Shown in pieces: positions 49,491-62,684 of a stretch of DNA of 64,000 bases. Within the stretch, counting starts at the first letter, position 1; each line of letters starts with the position of its first letter. This stretch comes from Octopus sinensis (taxonomy: Eukaryota). The DNA is taken from assembly GCF_006345805.1 (NCBI RefSeq), contig NC_042999.1:10788001-10852000 (forward strand), read 5' to 3'. Both the position numbers and the translations under genes were made by a program. The notes under the pieces are model-generated. The model did not search any database, was not told the DNA's origin, and worked only from the letters and a program-made list of their open reading frames with translations.

Positions 49491-50888
49491 TATTGGGTTA
49501 AAAAAATCTCTTGGATGGAAAAAGTCAAACCAGTAAACACAACAGACAATGCTAACCCTTAAACTAAAGCAACACTTTGAACTTTCTCCATCCATTTTGA
49601 AGCTCTGTTCACACAAGCAAGAATTCAAAGATGTTACCATTATAAGAATTCAGAAACTTGAAGGAATATAAAATATTTTTAACAAAGAAACACGAGGTAG
49701 ATAAAGCTATAGATAAGAGCATGTAAAATATTAGGTTAAAAATTCCTGTGGTTGGGAAAAAGTCAATGGCTGTCCTTCAGTATGTGTATATGTGGGTATA
49801 CATGTGAATGTGTCTGCATGTCTGTTGACATCTGCACTTCTCTAAACATTTCTCAGTTGTCAGAGTGACATGGAGTAAAACATCCATAATTTATAAACCA
49901 AGTAAGAGTTAGTGACATGAAGGCATCGGGCGGTAAAACAAAATAACAGTAATAAATTCGTCTAACCCTTACTAGCATGTGGAAAATTACAATGTGTAAA
50001 GCAACAAATACAAGTGTAAAGAGAACACAAACCTCAATGCAGTGACTTATCTAAACAATATCTAACTAGATCAAACTACAAGTACCAGGCATAGAATCAT
50101 CAGAGGTTAGCAAGATGCAAAAATATTCTCATTGTATATGCAACGTTCACAACCGGAAACCTTGGATATTGCAAGAACAGACATGAAACCTCACTGCTGG
50201 GCAAGGGTGGAAAAATTATGGGACTTCTGCTGTAGTTTCACAATGGAAATAAAGCAGATGATGGTAATGGTGGTGGTGATGATGATGAACAACAAGAACA
50301 ACATTGCTTATAACAGAAACCTAGAAAGGGAAAAGAGCAAGAGTTATTTGTTTCAACGAAAGGCTTGAAGAGATTGTCTGATGAAAATCTCAGATTTAAG
50401 ATTAACTGCTGGAGTAGATTGAGGAGAAAAAATATTTTCATTCAAAATCAGACAATTATCATGTTTAATCCAAAAACCAATCTTAGAATGGTGCAGAGAA
50501 CTGAAGGAAAATGAAAGAAATCTATTTGAGAGAGAGAGTTTTATCTAACATGTACATTTTTAATTAGAGGATTTTAGAGAATCATTTTCCATCAAAACTA
50601 GAGATTAAAAACTGATCATGCAAACTAGGTTTCTTGCCAATTCCATTTTTCTTTCTTTCTTGTCTTCAGACCATAGTTCTAAAGAAATTTCCATGGTTAG
50701 CAAATGGTTTTTATCTTTTTATTCCTTCTTCTAAAATCTCTTCCCATTTTCACACATGGTATGTGTCTTAATTGGCAGATAATGACATTGCTTTTGGTAA
50801 TGTTTAATAACTTATTATTGTGCTTTAACACATGCACTCTTCTAACGGAAGAAGATGGTGAGGTGATAAAATGAAGAAAAATGCTTAT

Positions 50889-51082
50889 CCCTTTTGATAC
50901 CAACCTGCCTGAGATTGCTCTTGCTTCTATGATACAAAATTTCTGTTCTAAGTGATCCAAGTATAAACCTTCCATCAAAATTTCATATTTATGTCTCAAA
51001 CATATGTTTAATATTGTCTCACTCGATTCTTCACTATTTTCAAAAGGTAGCGTATTGCAGCAGAAACATGGTAACAAAAGGG
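50889..51082 (-). mobile_element. piggyBac-like MITE family 1
   Basis: TTAT|CCCTTTTGATACC ... GGTAACAAAAGGG|TTAA. Confidence 0.8.
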
Positions 51083-51704
51083 TTAAAGTGAAATGCAGCA
51101 ATTAATTTACAGAACTAAAAGAGCAAGTAGATTTCTCTGGATAACATCTGATTGCAAGAAACAATTTAAAAACAGAAATCTCATCACAACATTTTGTGTA
51201 TTGCTATTGGGTAGATTGAAATTTCTCCATCTTGTCTTGTCTTCTTGCTCCATTTTTGAATTCAAGTTCTTTCAAAATGATATGTAAAGACAAAGCATTC
51301 TTGGTAACCAAAACTTCCAATATATTGCAACCTGTATTCTTGCCCAAAGAAAACTCAACATCATAAGAATGGTTCAAAAGAATTTATGAACAACTGCTGA
51401 CTAGACTCCAGACATGTAGACTACACATTAATTCATTTGGATTAGCAGCACTTCCCTGGCCATAATATTTCATTAAAAATAAAAGTAACCTCATCATACA
51501 CCATGTCCTTTCATCATAGGTTCTTTAGGCATATGACAACAGGAAATATAACAGTACAGTCTGATATTTTCTTTTTCTTCGACATGAAGCTGTTTATTCA
51601 TAAGGCATTCCAAACATTCATTAAGACTTTAATAAACCACGAAGCTTAGTGATTTACCAATGCAAAGTTTATTTGGCTGCTGCTGCTACTACTACTATTT
51701 CATC

Positions 51705-51910
51705 ATAATCATTTAAGGTTCACGGTTTATGCTGGCATGGGTTGGACTGATGGGTCCAGGGACAACATTGTGCTCCCACCATCTACTTCACCATTGTTCC
51801 TATAGCTGGGGGCTCTTCCTAATTCCAACCATTTTACAATGGGTATTCAATACTTTTCTCACGCCACCAGCACAAGTGAGGTTGCCATGCAGCTTGCAAA
51901 ACCCCCAAGA
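51705..51910 (-). mobile_element. Decayed RTE 3' fragment
   Basis: atcatttaagg...atgctggcatgggttggac...cttcctaattccaacc. Confidence 0.55.
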
Positions 51911-52595
51911 AACTCCAAACCCCACAAAAGGCAGCTTTATACAAGGAAATGATGGGTTAAAATATAAGAGAAGGAGCCAGAACAGAAGCAGAGTTTTGCT
52001 GTTGAAGAGCTACGTGATTACTGAGGATTAAATATTTTTAAAAGTCAATCAAAAAGAAGAATAAAGACTTTGAAAAAAACAAAAATAAATAAATAAAATA
52101 AAGCCGATCTTCTCCTTTCAGAGTAGACTATCCTGACAAATTACCTTCAGATTTAAACAGAAGACAAAATATAATCCTCAAAGAATTACACAATGTCTTG
52201 TAAAATGTAAAGAAAAAAAAAGAATAGAAAGAGAAAGAAAGAAAAAAAGTCTTCAATTGCAAACTATTTTTATCCCATAAAATTATTGATTCCTTCTGTG
52301 TGTAATAAAACTATTTGCTTTCCAGTTAAAATGCCTACAGTCTTTAGTTGCAAACCTTCTAAACAGTAAATCTATTGACTTCTTGACCTACTATTTAAAT
52401 GATTTACATTGCTGCATTCTGATGTTTATGTTAAATACAATTTACTCCAAAGTCACTGAAATGTGTTCTTTGTGCAGCAGGAAAATCGTTTCTTTTTTGT
52501 TTTGCTTTGATTTAACACTAGCTTGCTTGCAACTGAAATTATTCACTTCTCTTGATTCACAAACTTTTTTAGTCAGAGAGTCTACAGGAATTTAA

Positions 52596-52823
52596 CCCTT
52601 TTAGAGCCATGTTTCTGTTGAAATATACTGCCCTTGATTTTTTTCAATTAATTTTTAAAATATCAAAGAAGTTAGTAAGATAATTTTGACATTATTAAGC
52701 TGCTGTTTGAAATATAAATCAACATGAAATCTTAATGGCATGTTTTAATTTAGAGCACAGAAAAACAATAAGTTTGTATCCTAGAAAGAGGAGGCAGCCT
52801 CAGGTAGTTTGCTATTAAAAAGG
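52596..52823 (+). mobile_element. piggyBac-like MITE family 1
   Basis: TTAA|CCCTTTTAGAGCC ... TATTAAAAAGG|TTAA; internal match to 6879. Confidence 0.78.
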
Positions 52824-53094
52824 TTAAACAGACTCACATAGATATTAGGCATCAGCATAACATCTTCTATGGTAGATCTTCTATGGTAGAATTATCATTC
52901 ACAAACCCGACAACAACATTATTTAGGGGGATTCATTGCCACAGAATAAGCAAAAGCTGGTGAAGTGTCTTATTCAATAGTAAAATAGACAAAAATTTAA
53001 CCTCAAAATAACTGTGTTATTTACTTTAGTATATATGTGTAGGAATCAATAATCCAACGCACACACAATCACACAATGAATAGAAATAACACAA

Positions 53095-53240
53095 TCATCA
53101 TCATTTTAATATCCACTAGTCTATGCTTGGCTAAGATTATAGCAGAAGACACTCGTCCAATGTGCTAGATGATGGAACTGAAGCCAAGAGCACACAGTTG
53201 GAAAGCAAACTTCTTAACTGTACAGCCACGCCTGTGCCCT
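53095..53240 (-). mobile_element. tRNA-SINE head fragment
   Basis: gctaagattatagcagaagacac...aagcaaacttcttaactgtacagccacgcc. Confidence 0.55.
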
Positions 53241-54438
53241 TGGTCACATATTTATAATATATAATAATTATTGTTATTGTAATATTTATTATGTATGGTC
53301 ATCCCTGTTTCTAACATAGAAATAATACAGTTATCATTGTTGTTTGTTTGTCCTCAGACCAACCCTGATAAAGTAGACCTATTACCAACAGCAACCCAGC
53401 TTTGTCGCTACCATCGTTTCCAGATATATGTCCAATACTACAATATTAGATGTATGAAAAATGATCTGAAGGAGACTCAGCTCCTATTTCTAGCAGGTTG
53501 AACAATCACCAAATAAACACTCCCTTTTAGGTTTGTGAATAAGTAGCCATATTTTGATGCTGAACTCTAGTTTTGGGTCCACCATGACACCTGAAGCTAA
53601 ATTGACTGAAAAATACAATCTAGTTGCTATTATCTCATAAGTAATAATTAATAGCAATAAATTTTAAGTGCCATTTAATCTAAATCAGTTCAACCCAAGA
53701 AGATTAACACCTCTTGAGAAGCTTAAGTAAATAAAAACACAAATGAGATTCAACATTATTTTTCAAGTTTTAATCCAAGCGATGAGTAAGCCATGAGCTC
53801 AAATAGGAGGAAAACTTGAAAAAAAGCAGGAAATTTACCAAAAAGACAACACTTTTGTTTGCAATAAATAATTATTATATACTCCTCTAAAGTCTTTTGT
53901 TATATTTTCCTTTCCTCATTATAAATTAATCACATTGGTCTAAATAAGTCCAATCACATAAGAACATTGATTATACATGTAATGTGTATGCACACACACA
54001 CACACACACACAAATATACTGTAGATTACTTTACAAAAGGTGAAGAGCAGTCTCAAATGCACTGATCCTTTCTGCTTGCAACAATTCACAAAATTATCAA
54101 AAATGAGGAAAGGGTCTTCCAATGGCTTGCACCATGTTGGATTACAAAGCAGTTTATGGCATCTACATTTCTGACAGAATGCACCATAGTTAATAGAATT
54201 GCATGTTTTGGACATAATTTATATCTTATTCTCATTTCATCTTTCTACAACCAAAAACACTTTTACAAATTTAAATGTAACTGCCGAATACATTTCAACA
54301 CATCATCATCATTATTGTTCAACGTCCATTTTCCATGCTAGCATGGGTTGGACGGTAAAGAGAATAAACAGCTAAAGTCTTAGGATTATCGAAGACAACA
54401 AAAACTCCCAAAATGTTTAACACAGATATATATATATA

Positions 54439-54833
54439 CTAGCAGTATCGCCCGGCGTTGCTCGGGTTTCTAAGGGAAATAATTATATAAGCATTTTTAG
54501 AGATGTAAAGTATAATAGCCATCTCAATATGGCTAACCACAAAGGGGGAGGGGTGTTACTGTAGCTTTTTACGTTCTGAGATTTAATAATAAATTTTAGA
54601 GAGTTACTTCCCTTATATATATCAAAAATGGATTAAAAATGGGAAAAATTGATGGTAAATTTTTTTTTAAATCGTAGACTCATCGTAGACGCGCGCTAAT
54701 ACCCAGACGGTCTCGATATGAATCACGACTATAAGATACCCGGTTTTGGTTAAACTGCACCGCAAAATGTGGGAGTAGTTAGGAATCTAAATCGTAGGAG
54801 ACAGACACACAACCTCACTTTTATATATAAAGA
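54439..54833 (-). mobile_element. Non-autonomous Helitron, 395 bp
   Basis: Minus strand A|TC 5' end, subterminal CCCGAGCAACGCCGGG hairpin, CTAG|T 3' end, no TSD, inserted at an AT site. Confidence 0.85.
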
Positions 54834-54931
54834 TTTCCTCTATTTACATAATATTGAGGTCTCTTTCTTTCTTTTGTTATCTTACTGTTTTTGCCAATAT
54901 ACATATATATATATATATATAAATATATATA

Positions 54932-55256
54932 TAGTTACAGAGATGTACTTGCATAGCAAGTGACTTGATCTGAGATCGTGTGTTGGAACGAAAACAGTTG
55001 CAGCGTTGAAGGTGTTTATAAGCCATTTAAGAAACACACAAAAACCGTTAGATTCACTTCAACATTTAAATTTAATTTGTCAAAATATTTTCGTCGCTTT
55101 GAGACCACGACCTGTTAGCACGATATTTTTGTCAGTGAACAGGTCGCGGTCTCAAAGCGACGAAAATATTTTGGCAAATTAAATTTAAATGTTGAAGTGA
55201 ATGTAACGGTTTTTGTGTGTTTCTTAAATGGCTTACAAACACCTTCCAGGCTGCAA
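54932..55256. mobile_element. Inverted dimer of the hammerhead-bearing repeat (duplicate at 56961-57285)
   Basis: Inverted arms span 54998-55256 around the spacer agcacgatatttttgtcagtg; homologous to 24662-24992. Confidence 0.85.
55128..55178 (+). ncRNA. Putative G3:C8 minimal hammerhead, copy 2
   Basis: TTTGTCA-GTGAACA-G-GTCGC(GGTCTCAAA)GCGAC-GAAA-ATATT-T-TGGCAAA; the stem I change is a G-U wobble. Confidence 0.6.
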
Positions 55257-55272
55257 TATATATATACACACA

Positions 55273-55303
<31 letters not shown>

Positions 55304-55329
55304 GTGTATATGTGTATGCATGTATGTGT

Positions 55330-55560
55330 GTGTGTGTGCGTGTCTGTGCTTGTGATTGTCCTCCACCACTGCTTGACAACGAATGTTGGTTTGTTTACAT
55401 CCCTGTCACCTAGTGGTTTGACAAAGGAAACAGATAGAATAAGTACAATGCTTACAAAATAAAACTGGAGTTGATTCATTAAACTACAATTCTTCAAGGC
55501 ATTGCCCCAGCATGGCCACAGACCAATGGCTGGAAAAAGCAGAAGAATAAAAGAATACAT
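55330..55560 (+). mobile_element. Headless SINE 3' half (duplicate at ~57360-57590)
   Basis: ctgcttgacaacgaatgttggtttgtttacatcc...gatagaataagtac...ccccagcatggccacag. Confidence 0.75.
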
Positions 55561-55622
55561 TCTCTGCTTTGGTCTTATGTTCAAGGCATGAGAAAGCTTG
55601 AGTTTACATGAGAAGGCCTAAC

Positions 55623-56102
55623 AGACCTGGTAGAAACAGCAGCCAAATCTCCCTCAAATCACACCTTACTGTCTTATGTATGTATATATATATGAGCCAA
55701 TGAGGGGGACCTCTACATGGTAGCTAGACCTGGTAGAAATAGCAGCCAAATTTCCCCCAAATCACACCTTACTGTCTTATCTATGTATATATGTATGTAT
55801 GAGCCTATGAGGGAGACCCCTACATGGCAGCTAGACCTGGTAGAAATAGCAGCCAAATTTCCCCCAAATCACACCTTACTGTCTTATCTATGTATATATG
55901 TATGTATGAGCCTATGAGGGAGACCCCTACATGGCAGCTAGACCTGGTAGAAATAGCAGCCAAATTTCCCCCAAATCACACCTTACTGTCTTATCTATGT
56001 ATATATGTATGTATGAGCCTATGAGGGAGACCCCTACATGGCAGCTAGACATGGTAGAAATAGCAGCCAAATCTCCCTCAAATCACACCTTACTGTCTTA
56101 TC
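55623..56102. repeat. 107-bp minisatellite, ~4.6 units (duplicate at 57652-58131)
   Basis: Unit gagcctatgagggagacccctacatggcagctagacctggtagaaatagcagccaaat...; ORF starts at 55717/55824/55931/56038 are spaced by 107. Confidence 0.95.
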
Positions 56103-56159
56103 TTTCTGCTACTTGGATATAGGTGTTATATTCGTAGTAAAAAACTTTCCTGTCACACA

Positions 56160-56171
56160 CTCACGAACACG

Positions 56172-56206
<35 letters not shown>

Positions 56207-56616
56207 CCTCACACACACACACACACGCGCACACCCACTCACACACACGCACGTTAGCTTACAATTTTATTTATATATTTGCATGTCTATGTGTTGAAAG
56301 AGGAAGTGGGAGGCAGAGTGAAAGAATCACTCACTACAGTAAGTCAATTACTTTCAATTTATTCGTTGCCCACTGTGTGTGTGCGTTTGCGTGTGCTGTA
56401 AACCAGACTAAGAAAAGCATTTGACACACACACCAGAATGTGAGTTTTCTGTAAATTTTGCTTAATTGGAGTTTAAATTTTAAAAACTGGACCTGGCATG
56501 ACGCGATGCATTGTACTCTTAAAAATGCTAGGTAAATTGTAATTGAAGAAATCCTATATTGTAGATTTGTATAACTCCGAAAGGGAGGCAGATAAAATCT
56601 GCCTTTTATAATAAGA
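56160..56616 (-). mobile_element. Helitron/Helentron-like element with 5' terminus only (duplicate at ~58190-58645)
   Basis: Minus strand A|TCTTATTATAAAA 5' end, GGCAGAT-AAA-ATCTGCC palindrome at 56587-56603, internal (CA)n; no CTAG 3' end found. Confidence 0.55.
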
Positions 56617-57156
56617 TATATATATATATATATACATATATATAGTTCAGCAAAATTAATGATGAAATTAACCTCTCTGTCTATATATCTACTCTCTTTG
56701 TAATGTTGGCAATGAAATAAGTATAAAAATGTACATTGTCTATTTAATTAGAAAATTCTGTATGTAGCTGAAGATTGCTCTGCATTTTAAAAACTGATGT
56801 AATACTTACATTGTTTAATAAAATGAAGTAGCATGAAACGATTGTACTACACTACCTTGGATATCCTTGTTGGTTACTTTGATATATATATTATATATAT
56901 ATATATACACATATATATATATATATATACACATATATATAATATATATAAATATATATATAGTTACAGAGATGTACTTGCATAGCAAGTGACTTGATCT
57001 GAGATCGTGTGTTGGAACGAAAACAGTTGCAGCGTTGAAGGTGTTTATAAGCCATTTAAGAAACACACAAAAACCGTTAGATTCACTTCAACATTTAAAT
57101 TTAATTTGTCAAAATATTTTCGTCGCTTTGAGACCACGACCTGTTAGCACGATATT

Positions 57157-57207
57157 TTTGTCAGTGAACAGGTCGCGGTCTCAAAGCGACGAAAATATTT
57201 TGGCAAA
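57157..57207 (+). ncRNA. Putative G3:C8 minimal hammerhead, copy 3 (in the duplicated unit)
   Basis: Identical to 55128-55178 at +2029. Confidence 0.6.
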
Positions 57208-57301
57208 TTAAATTTAAATGTTGAAGTGAATGTAACGGTTTTTGTGTGTTTCTTAAATGCCTTACAAACACCTTCCAGGCTGCAATATATATACACACAT
57301 A

Positions 57302-57332
<31 letters not shown>

Positions 57333-58200
57333 GTGTATATGTGTATGCATGTATGTGTGTGTGTGTGCGTGTCTGTGCTTGTGATTGTCCTCCACCACTG
57401 CTTGACAACGAATGTTGGTTTGTTTACATCCCTGTCACCTAGTGGTTTGACAAAGGAAACAGATAGAATAAGTACAATGCTTACAAAATAAAACTGGAGT
57501 TGATTCATTAAACTACAATTCTTCAAGGCATTGCCCCAGCATGGCCACAGACCAATGGCTGGAAAAAGCAGAAGAATAAAAGAATACATTCTCTGCTTTG
57601 GTCTTATGTTCAAGGCATGAGAAAGCTTGAGTTTACATGAGAAGGCCTAACAGACCTGGTAGAAACAGCAGCCAAATCTCCCTCAAATCACACCTTACTG
57701 TCTTATGTATGTATATATATATGAGCCAATGAGGGGGACCTCTACATGGTAGCTAGACCTGGTAGAAATAGCAGCCAAATTTCCCCCAAATCACACCTTA
57801 CTGTCTTATCTATGTATATATGTATGTATGAGCCTATGAGGGAGACCCCTACATGGCAGCTAGACCTGGTAGAAATAGCAGCCAAATTTCCCCCAAATCA
57901 CAACTTACTGTCTTATCTATGTATATATGTATGTATGAGCCTATGAGGGAGACCCCTACATGGCAGCTAGACCTGGTAGAAATAGCAGCCAAATTTCCCC
58001 CAAATCACACCTTACTGTCTTATCTATGTATATATGTATGTATGAGCCTATGAGGGAGACCCCTACATGGCAGCTAGACATGGTAGAAATAGCAGCCAAA
58101 TCTCCCTCAAATCACACCTTACTGTCTTATCTTTCTGCTACTTGGATATAGGTGTTATATTCGTAGTAAAAAACTTTCCTGTCACACACTCACGAACACG

Positions 58201-58235
<35 letters not shown>

Positions 58236-58913
58236 CCTCACACACACACACACACGCGCACACCCACTCACACACACGCACGTTAGCTTACAATTTTATT
58301 TATATATTTGCATGTCTATGTGTTGAAAGAGGAAGTGGGAGGCAGAGTGAAAGAATCACTCACTACAGTAAGTCAATTACTTTCAATTTATTCGTTGCCC
58401 ACTGTGTGTGTGCGTTTGCGTGTGCTGTAAACCAGACTAAGAAAAGCATTTGACACACACACCAGAATGTGAGTTTTCTGTAAATTTTGCTTAATTGGAG
58501 TTTAAATTTTAAAAACTGGACCTGGCATGACGCGATGCATTGTACTCTCAAAAATGCAAGGTAAATTGTAATTGAAGAAATCCTATATTGTAGATTTGTA
58601 TAACTCCGAAAGGGAGGCAGATAAAATCTGCCTTTTATAATAAGATATATATATATATATATATACATATATATAGTTCAGCAAAATTAATGATGAAATT
58701 AACCTCTCTGTCTATATATCTACTCTCTTTGTAATGTTGGCAAATGAAATAAGTATAAAAATGTACATTGTCTATTTAATTAGAAAATTCTGTATGTAGC
58801 TGAAGATTGCTCTGCATTTTAAAAACTGATGTAATACTTACATTGTTTAATAAAATGAAGTAGCATGAAACGATTGTACTACACTACCTTGGATATCCTT
58901 GTTGGTTACTTTG

Positions 58914-59990
<1,077 letters not shown>

Positions 59991-60417
59991 AGGAAGGAAA
60001 GGATTTTTGATACTTGAAACAGCAAGACAATGGAAAATGACAAGGATGGTGGTGATGATGATGATGACTGTAATAGAAATATATACTGCAATTCCTTATG
60101 TGATGAATGATCTAAATTTATGCAAATAGAATTTCTCAAAAGAACTTTTATTTTTTATCAAAAAGCAATTTTGAAGGTAATTATCAACTTCAGGTCAACA
60201 TTATTATCTACAAATTTGAAATCGAGGATCATTTGGGGAAAATGGTGAAGATTAAAATTATTTGAGGCATCTTTTTATTCACAAGAGGACAATTTAATTG
60301 GTATCCACTTGTTTAAAAAAAAATTAATTTCAATTTTAAAAAGTCAGTAACCATATTGATAGCAACAGTTTACTCTTATAATCAGAACCTGCTTCTTTGT
60401 TAGAGAGGAAGGAATCA

Positions 60418-60490
60418 GAGAGAGAGAGAGAGAGAGAGTGAGAGAGAGGAGAGAAAGAGAGAGAGGGAGAGAGAGAGAGAGAGAAGAGAT
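60418..60490. repeat. (GA)n microsatellite; (GT)n also at 60648-60674
   Basis: Direct reading. Confidence 0.92.
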
Positions 60491-60643
60491 AGGTTTATTT
60501 AATTAGTAAAAGGTATAAACAATTTACAATTTTACTTCTCATATCAGTGAAATCAGTTCATAAACCAGTGGAGACTTTCTTCGGAAGAGAAAATATAATT
60601 TAGTTTTTATTCTGATTCAATGCTTCACTTCTATTTTTCACAA

Positions 60644-60675
<32 letters not shown>

Positions 60676-61499
60676 GTAGGGATAGGTTGATAAGAAAGCA
60701 GAAAACAGAATAACAGGAAAGAGTAAGGGGGGAGGAGGAGATGGAGGAGAGAAAACCCTTGAATGCAATGAATGTATCTTCAAATATTTCATTAGTTTTA
60801 CATAGATGGAATTCATAAATATCATTAAAATATATATATTTGTATTACTGGCAATCTTATCAGTATTACTTATTAGCATTTCACAACATTTCTTCCTCCT
60901 ACCACTACTCTTTCTTCCTTTTCAACCTTATCATTACTTGTTCTTGTTACTTCCCCCCCATCGCCCCCTCAATTTCCTTTGTTGCTATCAGTTTTGTTTT
61001 TATGTGGTTTTGCTTTTTCCACCTTCATCATTGTTCTTATATCTTCAATGTAAGCCTCCAAGTAAATGCGATAACGCTAGATTGATAATTAGCTTTCTTG
61101 AGATGCATGCAGAGTAAAGGCCTTCACAATGTTGTTGTCTTACTAATTTTAATCAACACGGAAAAAAAAAACATAACAGACAAAAAAAAGCGCTCAATGC
61201 TCCATAACCAAAGGGAGAACCATTTTAAGTGGTGCCTCTCTATGGTTTGCTATTTACAGCAATTTGTAAGGAATGAGGCCAAGTTTACAGAACTAAAATT
61301 GGTGGGTTGGCTACAGTATCTAAATAGATGTATTTGCTTTGAAGAAGTAGGATAGTTTTGTAGAAGAGTTTGCCACTCAACTGGATCAACAGTGATGGCC
61401 ACATCGATAGAGATGCTGCAGTAACTGCAGTCATCAACCTGTTGTCTTGACCACAAGGATCAATTTGCAGAGGAGGTAACTGAAAGGAATGCAATTCAT

Positions 61500-62170
61500 C
61501 CTAATGTTATTTGAATTAAAGCAAAAAATATCTTTATCAGTGGTTTATAGTTTTTTTGTAGCTCTATTCTTCCTCTACAACTTTGGTTTATGTTTTTGAA
61601 ATTTAAACAAATTTTGCATCTTTTAAGTCATATGACAATGGAGTGTCAAGTAGAAGAAAAAAAAAATGAGCATTTTCAACATCTGCTTCTCTTTGCTTTC
61701 AATGAAGGTTCCAAAGCCACCCAAGACATTTGCTCTGTGTACAGGGAAGGCACAATTCCTGAAAGAGCTGTGCAGAAATGGTTTTCGTATTTCAAGGAAG
61801 GAAAATTTGACCCCAGACTTTCTGTATCAATTGAACAAACTCATTCACAAGGATCTGTGCCAATCCAGTAGGGAATTGGCACAGCGGATGGGATGTTCTC
61901 ATACTATCATCACTCACTGCAAGGATGATACATGCTCTGAATAAAAGGGACAAACTTTAGTACTCCTATTTCGCCACCAGTTTGCTTACTCACTACCAGC
62001 TACTCGTGGACACAGAGATTTCTTTACCACATCATCACTGGCAATGAAAAATCGTGTTTTTGCATCAATATGAAGCAGAGGCATACGAGTTCCAACAAGA
62101 AAGCAACATCTCAAGCCAAGCCAATTTGATGGAATCAGGAAAGGCTTTTACAAACGAATTGGCAACCAAA
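61500..62170 (+). mobile_element. mariner transposase relic, deleted and frameshifted
   Basis: MECQVEEKKNEHFQHLLLFAFNEGSKA..DICSVY.EG.I.ER...KWF..FKEG.FD; SRELAQRMGCSH; IITGNEK-like D1 region near 62035-62050. Confidence 0.85.
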
Positions 62171-62684
62171 TAAATATAGCTGATCATCTCCAAGTTTTAT
62201 CAAACTGATCTATGTATGTTTCATTGCTGAAAACCAATAGTACCACCCTGTTACTTTCACCATTTTTCTATAGATAAAATCCAATCCTATCTGCAATATC
62301 TATATTTTCCAAATATTCGAGTTAGCTGATATTTGAGTTATCTCCTTTATTTGTTGTGTTTGGCTTTGAAACCTTACTAATGGGAGTTTTTGCTTTTTAA
62401 TTACAAGGATAACTTCAGTTAATTGAAGTTTTTTTAACTCCATTATATTACATATCCAATGCACTATCTCAATTCACAATACTTTTTTTCTCTCAAATAT
62501 ATTGTATTATGTACACAAGATAATGTCTCATTCTCTGTATAGGGGTGCATTGGGTTTATCTATTCTGCTATCATTTCATATTACCCTGATCATCCCCGTA
62601 TTAACATCCACTTTTCCCTTGATTGTTTGGGTCAGATAGAGTTTATTAAAGCAGATTTGCTACAGTTGGATGCCTTTACTGCTA

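Larger units (their letters stand above)
54932..58913. repeat. Near-identical tandem duplication, unit ~2.03 kb (54932-56881 and 56961-58913), bounded by (TA)n tracts
   Basis: Constant 2029 offset (ORF pairs 55115/57144, 55717/57746); only a few substitutions and microsatellite indels seen. Confidence 0.95.

Noticed and set aside
49560-49605. Minus-strand ASKWMEKVQSVALV* resembling a PH-domain terminal helix
   Set aside because: 14 residues only, modest acceptor, no supporting upstream exons.
50378-50400. CTGATGA followed by a hairpin
   Set aside because: No GAAA after the stem and no stem I, so not a hammerhead.
54060-54170. mariner-like TIHKII...WITKQ fragment
   Set aside because: Too short and degenerate to separate from chance.
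55717-58151. Repeated ORFs MAARPGRNSSQ... and a regularly spaced array resembling CRISPR
   Set aside because: Whole 107-bp units repeat with no unique spacers; eukaryotic context, no cas genes.
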